A DNA stretch of 64,000 nucleotides from Mustelus asterias (Eukaryota), in the NCBI RefSeq assembly GCF_964213995.1, contig NW_027590219.1, forward strand, positions 62,001-126,000. The letters run 5' to 3'. The notes below the pieces were generated by a model that did not search any database, was not told the DNA's origin, and saw nothing but the letters and a program-made list of their open reading frames with translations. Of this stretch, positions 37,401-51,600 are shown piece after piece. The position numbers and the translations under genes were made by a program. Numbering within the stretch: position 1 is the stretch's first letter; every line of letters begins with the position of its first letter.

Positions 37401-38670
37401 ACCCCCCTGAAGAGCCGTAACAAATTTCCCTCCTAGGATATTGGCGCCCCTCTGGTTCAGGTGCACCCCGTCCTGTTTGTACAGGTCCCACCTTCCCCAG
37501 AATGTGTTCCAATTATCTACGTATCTGAAACCCTCCCTCCTACACCATGCCTGCAACCACATGTTTAACTGCACTCTCTCCCTGTTCCTCAACTCGCTAT
37601 CACGTGGCACCGGCAACGTACCAGAGATGACTACATGTTTCGTCTTGGCTCTTGGCTTCCAGCCCAGCTCCAGAAATTCCCGCTTTAAATCCCCGTCCCT
37701 TCTCTTACCTATGTCATTGGTACCAATGTGTACCACGACTTGTGACTCTTTCCCCTCCCCCTTCAGAATCCGGAAAACACGGTCTGAGACGTCACGGACC
37801 TTGGCAACATACCATCCGTGAGTCTCTTTTGCTGCCACAGAACCTCCTATCTATCCCTCTAACTAACGAGTCCCCAATAACTATTGCCCTCCCGCTCTGT
37901 CCCTTACCCTCCCGAGCCACAGAGACGGACACAGTGCTGGAGATCCTCTCACTGCGGCTCACCACTGGTATGTCGTCCCCCTCAACCGTATCCAAAGCGG
38001 AATACTTGTTGCTGAGGGGAACGACACCGGGGATCCCTGCACGGACTGCTTCCTCCCAGCCCCTCTCACCGTCACCCATCTGTTTTCATTCCTCGGAGTA
38101 ACTGTATTCCTAAAGCTTCTGTCTATGGCCACCTCTGCGTCCCTAATGATCCTAAGTTAATCGAACTCCAGCTCCAGTTCCCTAACACGGTTTTGGAGGA
38201 GCTGCAGATGGGTGCACTTCCCACAGGTGTAATCAGCAGGGACACTGACGTCGTCCCTCACCTCAAACATACTGCAAGAGGAACATAGCACTGCCTGCAC
38301 ACCCATCCCCTCTAGATACCTTGCCAGTACCAGGTAGAAACAGCAAAAATGAGTTAAACTCACCCCTGCCTCGCCCTTTCCCCCGAAACCCTGTGAGCCA
38401 AAGCCCTTACAGCTTTCACTCAGCTTTCCACTCACTCCCCTGCCCGCTCCCGACGTTGCCCGCTGTATAGAGTGACTTTTATACTAAAAAACACAATCTG
38501 CCAGAGTCCCCTGCAGCCTACTCCCACTTCCTCAGAGTTTAAACCCTTGAAAAAAGCCCGCGAAAAAACGGATTAAATAAATCAATAAATAAATCACAGC
38601 ACTTTACTCACCCTCAGTACCCCTGCTGAGAATCTCTCCCTCTGTCCTGCACCACTTCGAACAAATGGGC
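34420..38670 (-). mobile_element. Near full-length CR1 LINE (ORF1 zinc finger/leucine zipper + SGNH esterase; ORF2 APE-RT), inactivated
   Basis: ORF1 pieces CSSC..CGKC..LELE, IVIGDSLVRG, VVHIGTNDI, DGVHLN; ORF2 YFNARS, GDFN, DSDH, FADD with stop at ~37153 and frameshift at ~35715; catagaa tail at 34421. Confidence 0.95.
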
Positions 38671-38681
38671 AGGATATCGTC

Positions 38682-38887
38682 AGAAGTCTCACAACACCAG
38701 GTTAAAGTCCAACAGGTGTATTTGGTATCACGAGCTTTCAGAGCACTGCTCCTTCATCAGGTGAGTGATGAAAGAGCAGCGCTCCTCGTGCTCGTGATTC
38801 GAAATGAACCTGTTGGACTTTAACGTGTTGTTGTGAGACTTCTTACTGCGCCCACCCCAGTCCAACGCCGACATCTCCACATCGTGG
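38682..38887. mobile_element. Penelope-like element terminal repeat, head-to-head inverted pair
   Basis: 38682-38760 is the reverse complement of ~38767-38843. Confidence 0.75.
38728..38764 (-). ncRNA. Minimal type I hammerhead ribozyme motif
   Basis: TCAC-CTGATGA-A-GGAGC-agt-GCTCT-GAAA-GC-TC-GTGA: conserved core, 5-bp stem II, 4-bp stem I, palindromic minimal stem III. Confidence 0.65.
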
Positions 38888-41800
38888 TCAGGATGTCGAT
38901 AGCAGAGAGAGACATTGAATGTTCCTTTGTACAAAGGAATTGAACCATTCCAAAACAGTGCAAAGGTGGGCAAGTGAGTTCGATTACTAATTGCCCCCTA
39001 GTGTCCCAAGATGTATAAATTCGGTGTTTAGCGGGATAAATATGTGGTGTTACAGGGATAAAGCATGAGTAAGATGCTCTGTTGGAGAGCCAGTTCAGGC
39101 TCGATACGTCGAATGACCTCCTGCTGCAAAATAGGGATCCTATGGTTCAATCACTGAGTGTTAACCTGTGAGTTCCGGAATTGGGGTTAATGCTTATATG
39201 ATGCGATCTTAGTTGATGCTGAGGCAAATAAAATTCTTCCCCAAGACATTTAGACACTGATTAAACAAACAGTCAAATAACCAATATATTTTTGCGAGGA
39301 GATGTGAGACGTGAGAAATTTTAGCTGGAAAATTATGTTCGGCAGACAGGTGCTGCCAAATGGAAAGATGAATGCTAATGATATCAAAGAGCAACCAATG
39401 CTTGCTAATTCAACCTCCATAAACAGACTCGATACGCACAGTATTTCCTAAATAACCAGTACGTGGTAGAATAATGAGTCTCCACCCTAATAATGAGTCT
39501 CCACCCTATATCAATATCCGAAGCTCTAATTTCCATGGCACCCAGGACCTGCTTCAGACTTTCTCTCTTCACAAAGTGACTGCAGTGCTTAAACCGCCCT
39601 CTCAGTAATAAAGGAAGTCAGGGATGCCAACGTCACAAAATGACCAATATGGAAATCATCCTGTGTTTGTAGTTAATCATTTCATAGATTGGATACATTT
39701 TTGAGAACTGAAACACATTGAAATTGACCAAAAACTGTAAAGATATTTTGTAACTAAAGGAGGAGCTGTACCCATTATCCAAAGTTCTTATCTGCTCTCA
39801 TCTCAACACTATAAGTGAACTTGTGCACCCGGTCTGCTGTGTTAACGAGGGAAGCACTGAGGGATAATAGATATGGGGCTGAATGGTGGACCCACAGCAT
39901 CTACGCGTGGCAAGGTCTATGTGTTATCGATTGATTTATGCAGCCCAGGCAATCGTTTTAATCTCACACCATTGATTTCAATGTTGTTGAACACAAGTGA
40001 AATTTTATAAGGTTTAGCGACACACTATTCCTGGAGTCCCCGATAACCCTGTAGGAATATTTGTAGATGCCATTCTGTCATATGCTGCTAGTGAATTCAT
40101 GAAGGTACTTGAAGTTTTACATGTCCCAGTGCACTGCCCGACACAAGTTCGAAAGTCCTATTGCAATCCGTCAATGTTAAAGGGCAGCAGCGACTAACAT
40201 GCGAGCAGAGACATGGCCACAAGGCCAGGTGTTTCCTGTCTGTTCAGCAAACAGGAAAACGCGCAGTGAGTGTTCTGAGGCTGCGCAGACAGTGAGCTGC
40301 TTCGGGATGACACAAAGTATAACTCAATACCAATTGTTCAGCTTCTCAGGAATCATTTCTTCCTGGAGGGAACAAATATGTTTGTGGGCTTCCCTTCTCT
40401 CAACGCGGCTCTGTGAAGACATTCACTCAAATTACTGTCAAGTTGATCATGAAAATAAAATTACATTTGTCCAGCAGATAAGAAATATTTCTGAGCCGCA
40501 TCGTCCCGCCGAACTCTGTCACTCTAAACTGGGCGGAGGCAGCAAAATCGCTCAGAGATGTAATGGTGGCCTCGACAGTATGTTCAAAAAGTAATTAAGT
40601 TCAAATAGAGAATAACAGTCTTTTAACAGAAGCATTTCATCCAAGATTTCCGTACGGAGGTGCGACAGATAAGAAGACATGCATAAATTGGACTCTCTGT
40701 CCTTCGAGAATATTGTTCTCCAAATAGAGACAGTAAAAACTTCGGAAGTTGTTCTTAGAACAAATAGGAAAAGGCTGATTTTCACTCGGACAAAGATTTA
40801 TTTTTATTCCAGGTGTTACAGATTTGAACTTCTTGCTTGAGTTGCTGCTGGAGTGAAGTCTATTCACTTTTCCCTTGTGAAGATGTTAAAATCAGGTTGT
40901 GAATACATGCTGTATTCGGACTCCACTGGATTCTTGAACTGCCGATCAGACTGGACTTGTCACTGATAGATTTCTTGAGGAAAGTGAATGGATCTGACGT
41001 GCAATTTATGCATTTTCTCCACATCGCACCAATCCATTTCCCCTGGATTTAACCTGAAAATTTTAACCCTAATCCTGTCCACGGCCTTCAACTGTTTCTC
41101 GGAAATGGTTCGTTGAAGTATGCGGTAAAACAGTGCAAAAACAATGTACATAATCCAGTGCAGGCCGAATATGATTTGCAAACATTTTCCATATGCATTT
41201 CCTTCACTCGCCTGTGTCTGTGCTGGAAGATATGATGATTCGATGATCCGATGCTGGGTTGGTGACTCGTTTCCTTTTCAAAAATGAAGGCCTCATTAGC
41301 TGCACAGGACAAGGAGGTGGATATAACTGTCATTGGTATCTTTTATCAAACGGCAATTGCCATTTCACACATCAATTCGGAGCATCAATTAGTCAGACGC
41401 GAGGAAACATTATTTTCTGAACACAGCTTTCTCAAATAATTCATTCCTGGAGCGTTTGGTATTTCAGAAAGTGTTGGAAGGACAGCCCGGTACCGATGGA
41501 CAAAACTCGGTGAACATTCAAGTCTGATCGCAGTAACCGACAGTCGGGACGATGCTGCGCTCCTTCCTGACTCTAATTACATTGCAGCTTCTCAACTGTG
41601 AGTTATTATTGATTGAAAGTATCCCGATGTCTATTGAGAATTCCCGAACATAAAATTTTAACAAATATATAGATACATTGAGCTTTCGTAATAAAAATGT
41701 TGGTGACCTATGTAAGGGAAAGTTGATAATTTGAATAATAATTGTCATCTGGAGGTAATGGGATATTAATGTACATCAATTTAACAATGAGAGGAGGCGA

Positions 41801-44139
41801 GTTCAGTGTCTGAAAAGCTGGAGGATGAAGAAGTGCTCAGCACATTGAAAACCTGCTTGCTTCTGCGTTTGAAGTATTGTAACGCACAAAGGAGCCAAGA
41901 ACAGGCCAGTGGGGTTAGACTGAATTGATTTTATTCCACCCGGCACAGTCCCTTTGGACCGAGGGGCCTAACACGTTTGCCGAGTATTGCTCCGAGTCCA
42001 CGAGTGTCCAACGAAAAGTGTATTTAATCGCCGTCTGCCTTACATTCGTGAGCAGATTAAATTAATTGGAGTTGAGAATCAAAATGGACTGTCAAATCTA
42101 AATCTGGAAAATTATGTATTTTTTCCAGCAGTGTTTTGAATTCCCCGCTCCACTTAGGAAGACGGCTCTGATATATTCAAATTCGTCCTTCGTTGTTATG
42201 AAGTGCGCATTGAAATTGGAAATTTAAGTTGCAGAAGTTTCAGTTGGTGAATAATTGAGATCCCCAGTTTGTTTTTAACTTATTTCCTTCCAAATATATT
42301 TAGAATATAGAACATCTGATTAAAGCATGTTTTAATTTCTCGGCCGAGACTTACGGCAACCTGAGATTTAAATACAAAATTGAATGGAAATGCCGCGCTT
42401 GCGCATGGACAACATCTTACTGTAAAACCTCTATTCGGACCACTTGATTTGTGTTGGTACAAATTAGAGCAGTCGCTGTTAGAATTTGCTGAAAAGGAGT
42501 TTGAGTGGAAGCCAACTCACTGCGTTTAAAAATGCAGGAATTTTGGCGAGGACCGTCCAGACATATTTCTCTTGATATTTCTCAGTATATTTTCCGTCTG
42601 AACCCCGTGTAGAGAGAAAACAAACAAATCATTTAAAATAGCTGCCTCCGCCTCAGAGTGTTGGGCTAGGTCTGTGAATAATGCATTTCAACACATTGAC
42701 TTGAATCGCAATTAATAATGTCATTTATTAATTTCATTAATATGAAGAAAAAACGTATCTTATGTTGATAATGTAATTTGCTAAATATGCGTGATTTGCT
42801 TTCTGACGTTTGCTGCTCAATTGCCTCATATCTCCCACGGGAATTTTACCAGAATGTGTTAAATTAATATTTCTATGCAGAGATTTTTTTAGGTTCCAAT
42901 TATTTTTCATTCTCAAAACTATTCCACGGTTTCATTTTCTCTCTGTCTCATGCCGTTTTCTGTGGCAGATCGAGACCTGATCTTTCATCTCCTTCCACAG
43001 GCCCACTAGTTTTGTTGAGATTTAAGTCGTTGACTTGGTTCAGTTTCCCTTGGTTCCCAACGTGCCTCTTCTGTTATATTTATTCTTCCCAATGTCACTG
43101 CAAATGCTGTTTTACTGATAGGAAAGCGCCCCATTACTGTTATCAAACACTTCACGCAGTAAAGAACATACAGTCCGCGAAATAAATTTTTAAAAATACT
43201 GATTGGACTTTGCAGTTGCTTATAAGAACATGCTTTGTAAAAGAAAGAAGAACATATTTTATATTGTTTTACCATTAATCCTGTGCTCAAGAGACTCACC
43301 TCATTCAACATTGATTTTTTTTGTTGCAACTGAATCGCTAGTTGGGGTTTTATGAAGTGAATGTTGAAATGGTTTACTTAACTTGTAGAATCTTATCATA
43401 ATACATTTTGCGCAAAGTTACATTTTCAGTTCATTAGTCTTCAAAAACATCAGCAAATGAATAAGAAACTTAGATTTACCACGGAATCCAACTCAGATAC
43501 GGCAGGTAGGATTAAATATTCTACTGGGTCTGCTGGACAGACGGAATTGAAATTCTAGTTAAACAGCGCAGTCTGGGTGTAGACCGTCGCCACAGGTGGA
43601 ATAGCATACATTGCAGAATGGAATCTAAGTCAATGAACTGCTTGTGGAATAACAGTAAAAGTTATAATTTCTGCCGATGGAATGCGTGCACACATTTGGG
43701 ATTGATGCTTCTCAGTGGAAGAGCTGAATGCTCGTTGTGTGGTTCAGTGAGCTGCCTTTTGTTAAACAGATTATTTTGAGTTGGAGAAGTGGACACGGCT
43801 GTAAATAGTGAAAAGTTAAATATTAAATCGAGGTGGGACCAACATTGCTTTAACCGGCTTATTGAGCAATATACTTGATATCAGTGGCACTAGTGAAATA
43901 ATAGGGAAGTGAAAAATCTGACTTCTTCCGCGAATTTGCTGCATGGGCATTTTTGATTCCTCTTGGGTACAATGAACTTCAGAAATCACAACAAAGCTTT
44001 CTAACCATACATTAACATCAGTATTCTGTACCAGTCACTGGATGTTTGTCAACCTCTTCCGAGATACTCTCAATATCCATTAAGCTCTCTGTTTCATTTA
44101 ATGAGATGTGAAAACCTGTTACTGATTCGAGATTGCAGG

Positions 44140-45630
44140 GAAGCAAAAGCTGTAGAGAAGGAGTATACTGTGGAGGGATTGTCTATAGAGTCTCTGTGGG
44201 TGGAAGTTCGGAGTGGGAAGGGGTCGATCACTTTGCTGGGAGTTTTCTATAGGCCGCCCAATTGTAACAGGGAGGTGGAGGAGCAGATAGGGAAACAGAT
44301 CCTGGAGGGTTGCAATAATAGCAGAGTTGTTGTGATGGGAAACTTTAATTTCCCAAACATAGATTGGAATATCCCTAGGGTAAGGGGATTGGATGGGGAG
44401 GAGTCCGTTAGGTGTGTTCAGGAGGGTTTCCTGACACAGCATGTGGACAAGCCGACAAGAGGAGAGGTTTTACTTGATCTGATACTGACCAATGAACCTG
44501 GAGAGGTGTCAGATCTCTCAGTGGGAGAGTATCTTGGGGATAGCGATCATAGCTCTATCTCCTTTATGCTTGCATTCGAAAAAGAGAGGATCAGGCAAGC
44601 TAGGAACGCATTTATATGGAGTAAGGGGAAATATGAAGGCAGAAGGCAGCAAATTAGAGGAGTAAATTGGAAGGAGGTATTCTTGGGGAAATGTACTGAA
44701 GAGAGGTGGCAGTTTTTCAAGGAATGTCTGTCTTGAGTTCTACAGGACAACGTTCCGAGCAGACAGGGAGGAATTGGTAGGTTAAAGGAACCGTGGTGCA
44801 CGAAAGCTGTGCGGGACCTCGTCGAGAAGAAAAGGAAAGCGTACAAAAGGTTCCGAGAGCTTGGCGAAGATAGGGATCTAGATGAGTATACAGCTTGTAG
44901 GAAGGGACTAAAGGAGGAAATTAGGAGAGCCAGAAGGGGTCACGAGAAGGCCTTGGCAGGTAGGATTAAGGAAAACCCTAAGGCGATCTATAAATATGTG
45001 AAGTGTAAAAGGATGAGATGTGAAGGAATAGGGCCTATAAAAGGTGAAGGCGGGAAAGTCTGTACAGAACCAGTAGAAATGGCAGAGGTGCTTAATGAGT
45101 ATCTTCCCTCGGTTTTCACAGAGGAGAAGGACCTGGGTGGATGTACTGCGGGCTCAGTTCTGGTCGCCTCATTACAGGAAGGATGTGGAAAAGATTGAAA
45201 GGGTGGAGAGGAGATTTACAAGGATGTTGCCTGGATTGAGTGGCATGCCTTATGAGGGTAGGCTGAGGGAGCTCGGTTTTTTCTCCTTGGAGAGACGTAG
45301 GATGAGAGGAGACCTAACAGAGGCTTTTTCCCAGGGTGGAAATGGCTGCTCCGAGAGGACACAGGTTTAAGGTGCTGGGGGGTAGGTCCAGGGGAAATGT
45401 TAGGGGGAAGTTTTTCACACAGAGGGTGGTGGGCGAGTGGAATCGGCTGTCGTCGGTGGTGGTGGAGGCAAATTCAATCGGGTTTTTTAAGAGACTCCTG
45501 GATGAGTTCATGGGACTTAATAGGATGGAGGGTTATAGGTAGGCCTCAAATGTAGGGATATGTTCGGCACAACTTGTGGGGCTGAAGGGCCTGTTTTTTG
45601 CTGTAGTTTTTCTATTTTTCTATGTTTCTA
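44140..45630 (+). mobile_element. CR1 LINE fragment with internal deletion
   Basis: EN/linker peptides (YRPPN, DSDH) jump at ~45150 to QFWSPHYRKD; CR1 tail. Confidence 0.85.
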
Positions 45631-46589
45631 TTGGCGAATTCCACCGTTTCCTTGTGAAATGTTTTGAACGATTTTGTACAGTTAGCTTCGGCCTCCAGAC
45701 CTCAGAAATATATCACCTTCTCTCGCAAAGATTGGACACGTGCCTGCTTATATTCTAAATGCGATTTCTTCTCTTCAGCCAAGAGTTCATTTGGTATGGC
45801 CATACGTTTGGAAATTATGGTTCCACCAGCGACTCATAATCTGTCTTTTGTGCTGTGAGCTAAATGGTATCAGAGTTTAACGGTGGTTTTCAACGACAAA
45901 TACAATGTTACGTAATTAATTCCACACGCAAAGCTGATATTTATTTGTTATGTGTTAGGTCCCATAGTTTAACAGATCGATCGACTCAGTCATGAGGAGA
46001 TATATTTGTTCCCTGACTGTTTTGTACCAATGGCGTTTTATGATCTTAAATGGGCCTACATTTTACAGTACCACACTTTCCATGTCTCTATATCTCTTTC
46101 AAACAAAGTTAACATCCCACATTCCGACACGGCTTTTGCACTCATTATTATACTATTTTTTGTGAGGGCAGTGTCCCTGACAATGCAGCATTTGTTGCCT
46201 GTCCCCAGATGTATTCAGGAATATGTCTCTGAGCCTTTTTTTCCCTGACTGGCTGCAGTATATGATACACTGATGCAAGCATAGTGGCGTTACGGATTGA
46301 GCTCACAAGAGAATGAAGCAACCCCAATATAGTCCCAACTCAGCATGTTGTCCGACTTAGAAGGGAATGCGAAATTCAAGGTACCGCTGTATGTCTGTCC
46401 TTGTGCTTTTAGGTGGTAGAGATCGCGGTTTTGGAATGAACTGTGGAATGGGTTTTGGTCATTTGCTGCTGTGTATCATCTACACGGTACACAGATGTTT
46501 CAGGTGATGGCTGGCATGTCCAGAAAATCAGGCGGCTTGTATGGTGGCCAGCAACTTCTATTTTATTGCTTGTTAGTGTCATTAGTGAC

Positions 46590-46880
46590 CTGATGCAGGA
46601 GGAAAGGGGGAACAGGCTCAAGGTGAGAGGGGGAAAGTTTGAGATGTGTGAGGGAAGTTCTTCACAGAGAGTAGTGGGTGCCTGGGACGTGCTGCCAGAG
46701 GAGGTGGTGGAAGTAGGCATATTCGCAACATTTAAGAGGCATCTGGATGGGTACATGAACAGGCAAGAAATACAAATATGTGGACGGAGTGAGGGCAGCA
46801 GGTTTTTTTTTAGTTCGATCATCCTAATCGACATGAAGGACCGAAGTACCTGTGCTGTACTTTTCTTTGTTCTTTGATCT
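46590..46880 (+). mobile_element. CR1 3' end
   Basis: LKVRGGKF..QRVVGAW..LPEEVVE..FKRHLD. Confidence 0.75.
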
Positions 46881-48374
46881 TGAAATGGGTCAAAGATTCA
46901 GTGGGAGAATTACTGAAAGCTGAAAAGTGGAGTTAGACACGGATAGAAAGACGGAATGGATGAAGAGGGTCTAGAGATTCTAGTTGGACCATCGAGAGTT
47001 TGAAAAATTTGAGTAAATATTGAAATGTTTTCCCACAATTCTGGCAACGAGGAGCAAATAAGTGGAAGGTATTTGATATTGTCTATTGATAGTGAAGAGT
47101 TAAGAAGGATGACTGAGTATTGTCTGCATTGGAAATAAATGACGCACTCTCCGTATTGTGGACGGCGGTGCAGAGATATTCGAGTAACTTTATCATTGTT
47201 ACTCTGTGTATCAAGTCATACATTTCATCAACCCAACTGGAGACAAGAATCACTGTCCTGTTGATTCTATTATGTAAACTGGGGACTCAAATGGATTAGG
47301 AGATTTGACTGACACAAAATCTCCCAGTTTGGGAATACGGTAACACGTGGTTAAAAGATTTTTTAAAAGATGGAATGAGACCAGGATATTCATAGGCCAT
47401 AATATCACGGGTGTGGTAATTTGAATAAAACTTTTTAACATCAAGTCCTTGCAAATCATATCATGAAGAAATAACACAGATCCTCGGTGTTGACATTGTG
47501 ATGTATGGTTTTGACAGTTTCATTCATCTCGTGTTGCAGCGAAGATTAATTTTCAAAATTTCATTTCAGGCAGACCAGGAAACAGTCAGGCTGACCGATC
47601 AGGTAATCGCCCTCCAAGTTCATATCTGACATTTGACTGCACTAATCCATCCAACTGAATGTTAAATCCTGAGACAATTTCAGTGTCTTTGTGTTCAATG
47701 TTTCCATTCTGGGTCTGCCTGTCAGTTGTGAAGGAAAATGGTCTTGCACTGTTTTTCTCAAAATCTTTCATTGCTGCACCCCGATTCAGTACGACATTAA
47801 ATTAGGTCCCTGAGGAGCAGGGTGAGAAGCAACGCGGCCCCGCTACCGTTTGGAGATAATTTTTCACTTCCCGAGTTACCAGCCAGCGCTGACATGCAGC
47901 GCAATTGCTATTGCCCCTCCCACCACCGACATATTAGGGTTCCGCCGAAAACCCGCCGCATCTTTCCGCCCCTGGAAGGGCTGGAGACTACCTGACTGTC
48001 TAATTCAGCTCGGTGCAGCAGGGCGGCCCTGTTTCGACAGTGATGGCAATATCGAATCGATACTAGGATTGACATTTCACGATGTTATTCCAGGCAGTAT
48101 GATAGACCGTGGAACATGACAGTCCTGACTGGCACTGATTCAATCAAATGCGCCTATCGACACTCCCGCCTGATGCAGCAGAATGATGCTTCAAACTTCC
48201 AACTGATTCACGGATTGTTCCCACTGTCTATTTATATTCCCGCTTCCACTGCAATCTCGAATATTCTGTCAGGGTTTGTTGAGGTTCTGGACACACTCGA
48301 TGTTTCAAATTATTCCGATCTGACCTGCCGTATCAGCCGGCCAATAACTGTTGGTTTATTTCTGTATTTTACAG

Positions 48375-48689
48375 AGGCGGTGAAGCTGAGACTGGCGAAT
48401 GGGCAGAGTCGGTGCGCTGGGAGAGTGGAGATTCACTACAAGGGACAGTGGGGGACCGTGGATCATGATCTCTGGGACCAGCCGGACGCCGGTGTTGTGT
48501 GTGGGGAGCTGGGCTGCGGGACCGCGCTCTCTGCACCGGGCGGGGCTCACTTTGGGGAAGGATCCGGACCCATTGTGACGTATAATGTTCAGTGCGAAGG
48601 GAGCGAGACCGCTCTGCGGGACTGTCGCTCTTGGACATGGGGTCACGATAGCGATCCGCACTCCAACGATGCCGGTGTGATTTGCTCAG
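48375..48689 (+). CDS. SRCR domain 1 exon (6 Cys; lacks C2/C7)
   Basis: [48 protein letters not shown]...[15 protein letters not shown]; tttacag|..|gt; 315 nt. Confidence 0.9.
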
Positions 48690-51600
48690 GTAAAAAAAAA
48701 CAAATCTCTCCATCATCTACAGCCTGCTCTCCGGGAAGGGGCGGATAAAGGTTTCTGAGACTGTCCACAGTGGTAAAGAGAGTGGTGGATAATTTCAATA
48801 TTCTGAAAATAGAAGTGTTCTTACATTAACACCAGGATTTAAGTTTATAATAAAGTAACAGCAATGAGAGTGATTAACAATGACCACAACCGTGCACAGG
48901 CCAGCTGTGTCCTTGAGCTGAGCGCTTGCTGTTAGCTATGTTGAGGAGAGGAGCTGTTCGCTCCTGGTTCCTCACTGATCAGTTCCGATCACCATTCAAC
49001 AAATAATGAAGCATTCCAGGACCATACAGAGCAAATCCTGTCCAACAATCGGGCTTCTGCTGAGCAATCGTTTATATTCATCTGTCCGCAGCGTTTGGGT
49101 TATTCTGCTGTTTTAACTTAACTCTAAATCGTTCCATTCTTAATGCCTATTTTTTGCATCAGTGTCCAGAAATTGTCCCCTCAGATGAAAATGTGGTCCG
49201 AACCCCAGAGATGCGGTCGGAGGCCTCCCGATCCCCCAACCCTTCGAGCTCTCCAGCACCACCCCTCTCCCAGTGCCTCAACCGACACAGCCACACGCCT
49301 GGAGACATAGACGGACCTCTCAGCAACTACGTGGAGGAAGGGGGTGGGTGGGGAAGACCTGCGGGGAGAGAGGGGGAGGGGGTGATTGAGGGAAGCCCAG
49401 GCAAGCTAATATGCCCCGATCTTGCCTGTGCAGTGTCAAAAGGTCGGGCATGCTTTGATCGGCTGGCTGTGCACGTAATTATACTTATGGGGAGTCCGGA
49501 TCATGCGGCACTCCGTCGGAATTGGCGGCTGTCGCTGAGTTAAATCTGGGTGTCTCGGTCCATGTGTTTGACATTTACTGACTATTGATTGTGGAGGCCA
49601 TAGAGCGCTTATCCAATCACTGCGGCTACTTTCAGAGCAGCAATCACTGGTCAGATTGAACGTGTTCCAAGAGCGGAGTGAGGATGCGAAGGGTCTGGAG
49701 GAGATTCATGCGTGCTGGAAACTTCCCTCTACTCTTCCCTCGCCACGAATTCTGCCACAGCTGCTGAATTGTTCCAACATTTTCTGATTTTGTGTGAGAG
49801 GGGACTGTCTGGATATCTCCTGTCTCTCCAAGCGTTTTAATAGCTGTCAAGTAAAGCCTCTTCCTCAAATGTTTGATACTATTTGGGAACTTACCTCCCT
49901 CTCATACCCCGAATCTGATGAATACCAACTGTTCCTATATGATTTCCCCTCGTGTTATTTTTTTCGGACGAGTTTACCTTTCGAGTCTGTCAGGGAGAGA
50001 AATCAGAAATGTTATTGGGAGAGTGTTCCAATGAATAAATTGTGCTGGATCAATTTCTTCAGTAGGTTGTATTTCAAACAAATGTGCGGAAGTCGATACT
50101 TTCTCCAGAATAAAATGAAGGAAGATGAGTTGTTTTAACATTTACAGCTGCTGCAGCTTCAGGCAGATTTCACACAGTGTAAACTGACAGAAGGAGATGT
50201 TGTCTAGACTCAGGAACCAGGAGCCTGCGACACTCTCACTGGACTATTTTCCAGAACAGGAGATCCTTTCACGGATGCAGTTCCCTGAATTGCCGATTCC
50301 ATTCCAGATATGGACTGAACAAAGTTACTGAAACTTGAAGCAGAAACTCCCCCCCCCCGCCCCCCACCCCCCGCCCCCTTTCATAGTCGAGCCATCTCAA
50401 TAGAAATGCTAAAATTCCAGGAGGATTTTTGATTACGTTTTGCACCTGGCCTTTGCATTTTGTGATCTGTACACATGGACCCTCAATAAAGCTCGAGTGT
50501 TGTTTGCAAATCACCATTGAGACATTCTGGGATCCACCGTTTCATTTCTGGTTGAAGTCCTTTCAGAACGTTCATTCTCAACACACCGAAAAATAAATAT
50601 AGGATTTCGTTTGATGCCTATCAGTTCGAACATCCCTGGGCAAATAATTCCATATGTTATTGATTCAGGTCCGCCTGTTGCACATTGTGATATTTCCCAT
50701 CACCAGGCGGTAGGGGGCAGTTATACTCAGAATTTATTGAGATAAACCAGCACTCGGTTCAATTTAAGGGAGGAATGGGGAAGAGTGTTCCAGAGGAATC
50801 GCTGTGAGACTGAACACGGCTTCTGGAGAGTATGATAGTTGACACCTATTGAACTTAATGAAACATCTTTAATTGTAGAATTTCTTAATGCAGAAGAAGG
50901 GCATTCAGCCCGTTGAGTCGAACCGACAGAGTATCTAACCCAGGTCGCACCCCACGTTTTTACCTCGATAATTCCCCTGAACGATACATCTTTAGATTAA
51001 GGGGCAACTAAAAGGAACCAGATTCAGAACCAATCATGATAGAATCTAATTAAGCGGATGTGAATACTTTTTGATAATAATTAGTGTGACTCTAATCTGT
51101 TGTTATTCAGCCCACAGATTTCCAAAACTAGTATCCAGAGCTTTCCCATGCTCCGGCAGATTGGAGATCCATAACGGTATAGAATCTGGCACAGTATGTG
51201 ACCTTGACTTGGATTGGAATGACGCCAGAGTGGTCTGTGCTGAACTTCAGTGCGGAATCGCCATTTCCATTAGAAGCGGGGCTTATTTTGGAGAGGGCGC
51301 TGGATTAATATGGAACGATAGACTTGAATGTAAAGGCAGCGAGACAGGCCTGATGTACTGCACCCTTGTCCCTGTAAATCGGTCCGAGTGCACCCACAGG
51401 AACGATGTCAGTGTGATCTGTTCCGGTGAGTGCAGACTTGTGAATATTAGAAAAATTTCTCTTAATATTTCAGCAATGGAGAGATTACATTTCTCTTTCT
51501 CTCTAACATGGACATACCTAACCAGACCTTCATATTTCACTGTAAATTTGTTGTAATTTTGAAACATTATTTCAAAATATGCACGTTTTTTGCAAATCAG

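Noticed and set aside
39471-39508. 19-bp tandem duplication ATAATGAGTCTCCACCCTA x2
   Set aside because: Ordinary slippage duplication with no context suggesting function.
43229-43505. Candidate signal-peptide or small exons for the SRCR gene
   Set aside because: Hydrophobic ATG-led stretch and a nearby donor do not give a convincing AG/GT, in-phase model.
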